A stretch of 63,783 nucleotides of DNA, counting the filler, from Methanobacteriota archaeon (GTDB taxonomy: Archaea > JACRDV01): assembly GCA_024860865.1 (NCBI GenBank). It is 5 parts of 5 records of this genome, joined end to end, with 100 filler letters (N's around TTAATTAATTAA, not from the genome) between each part and the next. Parts side by side here need not be neighbours in the genome. Positions count along the whole stretch, not along the records: positions 60,791 to 63,783 come from JACRDV010000100.1; 4 more parts are not named here. The stretch is one strand, 5' to 3'. How positions within the stretch are numbered: the first letter of the stretch is position 1; each line of letters opens with the position of its first letter. Both the position numbers and the translations under genes were made by a program. This document shows, in pieces, positions 61,118 to 63,783 of the stretch. The notes under the pieces are model-generated. The model made no database searches and was not told where the DNA came from. It saw only the letters and a list, made by a program, of their open reading frames with translations.

Positions 61118-61996
61118 TCACACCAATTCTCTAAGATAAATTTTGTATCTACCCAACTTTCCGCCATAATTTCCTGCTGAAATTTTAACTATTCCTTCTA
61201 AATCTTTAACGCTTTGAATGGCAACTTTCATAGCTTCTTTTACTGCCCCAACTGAAATTCCATTTATTACTATTTCTGGAATACTCTCTATGCCTGCTGG
61301 AACTTTAGAATCCTTTATCTTTCCCCTTAGAGTTGGGCAATAAGGATGATTAGTTGTTGGGCCAATCTCTGGATATCGAGTTTCTACTTTTGAACCGGCC
61401 GAGCAAATATCAAAAGGAGTGATAACCCCGCTGATCTGATTTATAGCTTCAAGAGCTTTGTCACCTGCTTTTAATGCAGCTTCTTCAGTTTTACAAAAGA
61501 ACCAAAGGTTGCCACCCATTACACCCTTTGCATAACCCAAGTATCGCTCTATAAGAAAATCTCCCATCATTATAGGAATGCTTATTACTTCCCGCCCCAA
61601 ATAAGTGATAACCTCCTCATAACCATCGCCACAGTGGCCGACTTTATCCATAACATCAATCTTTTCCTTTGAATCTAAAGCATTAAAAACTGAAGTCGTT
61701 GGTATAACAAGTATACCTTGGCGGATCCTTTTTGCCAATTCTTTTTCCAATTTTTCAACGGCATTTTTCCCGTAGTTTACCCAAATTTGTATGATAGCCC
61801 CCTCTCGCTTATCTGGTGTATCTTTTTTGCTCACCCATTTTTCAATGCCTGCTTCAGATTTACCAAGTACTGTCAAAGGAAGAGCTGTAGAACTTTGAGC
61901 TGCTTTTTCTAGCCTTTTCTCATCTTTTGCTGTAACTAATATTCTAGAATATAAACCATCGAAGGCTTCAGCATAAGTATCTTCTATTTCTGCCAT
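61118..61996 (-). CDS. ftr: Formylmethanofuran:tetrahydromethanopterin formyltransferase (or paralog)
   Basis: IEDTYAEAF, TPDKREG, GVMGGN, SAGSK, TTNHPYCPTL, EIVING, ISAGNYGGKLG. Confidence 0.9.
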   Translation of the reverse strand: MAEIEDTYAEAFDGLYSRILVTAKDEKRLEKAAQSSTALPLTVLGKSEAGIEKWVSKKDTPDKREGAIIQIWVNYGKNAVEKLEKELAKRIRQGILVIPTTSVFNALDSKEKIDVMDKVGHCGDGYEEVITYLGREVISIPIMMGDFLIERYLGYAKGVMGGNLWFFCKTEEAALKAGDKALEAINQISGVITPFDICSAGSKVETRYPEIGPTTNHPYCPTLRGKIKDSKVPAGIESIPEIVINGISVGAVKEAMKVAIQSVKDLEGIVKISAGNYGGKLGRYKIYLRELV

Positions 61997-62349
61997 AAAA
62001 TCACTTCAATTGTTTAAAAAATTAATGTTAACTTTTTGCTTCTCAATATTTTCGACATTCTCTAGGCATTTTCAGGCATCTATCAGGCTATCTACCTATT
62101 TGTTTGTGTTTTCTCCTTGGTTTGAAACTTTGAATTAGATAAAGCCCTCAAAATGCTAGCTCGCAATCTCCTTTCCTAGAATCTCTTTTTCTGATAAAAT
62201 TTTATAATTCTTCTTTTTAAGATATTAAACATTCTGACTGCGCTTTCTTTCATATACTTCACCGAGGTGACCGAAAGTATTATTTTATATTTAAAGCTAT
62301 CAAAATTCCTCCCACTACTAAAGCAATGGGTATTCTTTCGGTGAGGTAT

Positions 62350-63273
62350 ATGAAAAAGTTTGATGTTATAACAATTGGTGCCGTTCTAGCCGACCAAATA
62401 GGATACGCGAACAAACTACCAGAAAGAGATGAAGAAATCTTCGTATCTAACTTAATAATGCGCTCAGGCGGCTCTGCTGCCAATACAGCTGTTGCTTGTT
62501 CAAGACTAGGTTTGAGAACTGGATTTGTTGGGAAAATTGGAAGCGATAGCCTAGGGGACATGTTGCTTAACGATTTAAAAACAGAAGGTGTAGATACAAG
62601 CCAAATTAAAAGAACTAAAGAAAAACCTACTGGAACCTGTATCGTTATAATAGATAAAGACAATAACAGGCATATGTACGCATTTAGCGGTGCTGCAAAT
62701 TTTTTGACTAAAAACGATATAAATGAAAATTATGTTCTCTCTTCAAAAATTGTTCATCTTGCTGATTTAAAAAATATTGACCCATTAGAAAAAGCTGCTA
62801 AAATTGCTTCCTCTAAAGTTAAAGTATCCTTAAATCCTGGCGGATTAATCATCGGGCTTGGTTACAAAAAAATTAAGAAATTGTTATCGCTGACTGATAT
62901 TTACATTTCATCTAAAAGTGAAGCTGAGGCTCTATATGGTACCAACAGCACACAAAAATTAATAGATTTGTTGCTCCAAGAAAACATTGAGATAGTTGCA
63001 TTAACGCTGGGACCAGATGGGTGCATTGTTGCCAATTCAAAAGAAAGATACAAAATATCCAGTTATAATGTTAAAGTAGTTGACACAACTGGTGCTGGTG
63101 ATGCATTTAGTGCTGGTTTTATCTATGGATTAATTAAGAAATTCCCACTGAAAAAATGCGGAGAGTATGGTAATGCAACCGCAACTTTATGTATCACAAC
63201 ACTTGGCGCAAGATTTCAACACTCTAAAAAAGAAGTTGAAAATATTATACGCGGAAAACTGAGAAAAAACTAA
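62350..63273 (+). CDS. PfkB family carbohydrate/nucleoside kinase
   Basis: GGSAANTA..SRLG, DTTGAGDAFSAG. Confidence 0.93.
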   Translation: MKKFDVITIGAVLADQIGYANKLPERDEEIFVSNLIMRSGGSAANTAVACSRLGLRTGFVGKIGSDSLGDMLLNDLKTEGVDTSQIKRTKEKPTGTCIVIIDKDNNRHMYAFSGAANFLTKNDINENYVLSSKIVHLADLKNIDPLEKAAKIASSKVKVSLNPGGLIIGLGYKKIKKLLSLTDIYISSKSEAEALYGTNSTQKLIDLLLQENIEIVALTLGPDGCIVANSKERYKISSYNVKVVDTTGAGDAFSAGFIYGLIKKFPLKKCGEYGNATATLCITTLGARFQHSKKEVENIIRGKLRKN

Positions 63274-63294
63274 TAGCAATCTCAAAAAAAATAT

Positions 63295-63762
63295 CTATGT
63301 TGGTAATTTAGCCTTTGCTTTTGCTTCAATATCTGCTATCTTTTTTTTCATGTACTCCTCAAATTGTGGGTCGTTTGTCTTCATAATTTTTGGCAGGTCT
63401 TCATCAAGGTTTGATGGTTTAATTATTACCAACCAACCTTCACCATATGGATCTTTATTGACTAATGACCCTTGAGTTCGAACTTTAGTGTTAATAGTAA
63501 CAATCGTGCCAGCAACGGGTGATAATAGTTTACCAACCCACTTCCCGCTTTCTATTGTACAGAATGGCTTTAATCGTGTCGGCACAGTTTTTCCAACTGC
63601 TAAAGGACGTGCAACAACGATCTTTCCAGCCATTTTTTGTGCAAAGTCAGTAGCTCCAACTCTTATATTTCCATCTGGTTCGATTTTTGCCCAGGTGTGT
63701 TCAGGTGAATAGTATAGATCATCAGGAAAGTCATAATCGCCAATTTTTGCCAAATAATTCAC
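63295..63762 (-). CDS. gcvH: Glycine cleavage H / lipoate-binding protein
   Basis: LYYSPEHTW, TDFAQKMAG, IESGKWVG lipoyl Lys, DPYGEGW. Confidence 0.85.
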   Translation of the reverse strand: MNYLAKIGDYDFPDDLYYSPEHTWAKIEPDGNIRVGATDFAQKMAGKIVVARPLAVGKTVPTRLKPFCTIESGKWVGKLLSPVAGTIVTINTKVRTQGSLVNKDPYGEGWLVIIKPSNLDEDLPKIMKTNDPQFEEYMKKKIADIEAKAKAKLPT

Positions 63763-63783
63763 CCAATTAAAAAGATAGTCTTA

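Overview
Low-GC archaeal sequence with a euryarchaeal-type gene complement (membrane LonB, SecDF, Ftr, HMG-CoA synthase/thiolase/DUF35, intron-containing tRNA). It is a pseudo-scaffold of five contigs joined by N/TTAATTAATTAA/N linkers at about 28.0, 45.1, 57.7 and 60.7 kb, so adjacency across those points is meaningless. Most genes are housekeeping, transport or metabolic. Main observations: (1) A Ku-ligD NHEJ locus whose ligase looks like a pseudogene but is split inside its catalytic Lys codon (KxDG) by a 35-nt insert forming a canonical bulge-helix-bulge. Removing it at the standard endonuclease cut sites restores FEIKFDGTR and a 319-aa ORF, so this is a predicted archaeal mRNA intron. (2) Two ~300-nt ORF-less structured RNAs resembling group II intron domain I, each with a co-varying 6-bp EBS1/IBS1-like pairing just before GTGAC, but with no recognisable D5/D6 or RT. 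(3) Three attC-like sites, a toxin-antitoxin cassette and a tyrosine-recombinase remnant, suggesting a decayed archaeal integron. (4) A cooF-cooS-(Cys-less HdrC-like)-hdrB operon. (5) A TA module inserted at the cobS/cobY junction with a 101-bp duplication. (6) A tandem-pseudoknot small RNA candidate. All calls were made by eye; no searches or folding programs were run.
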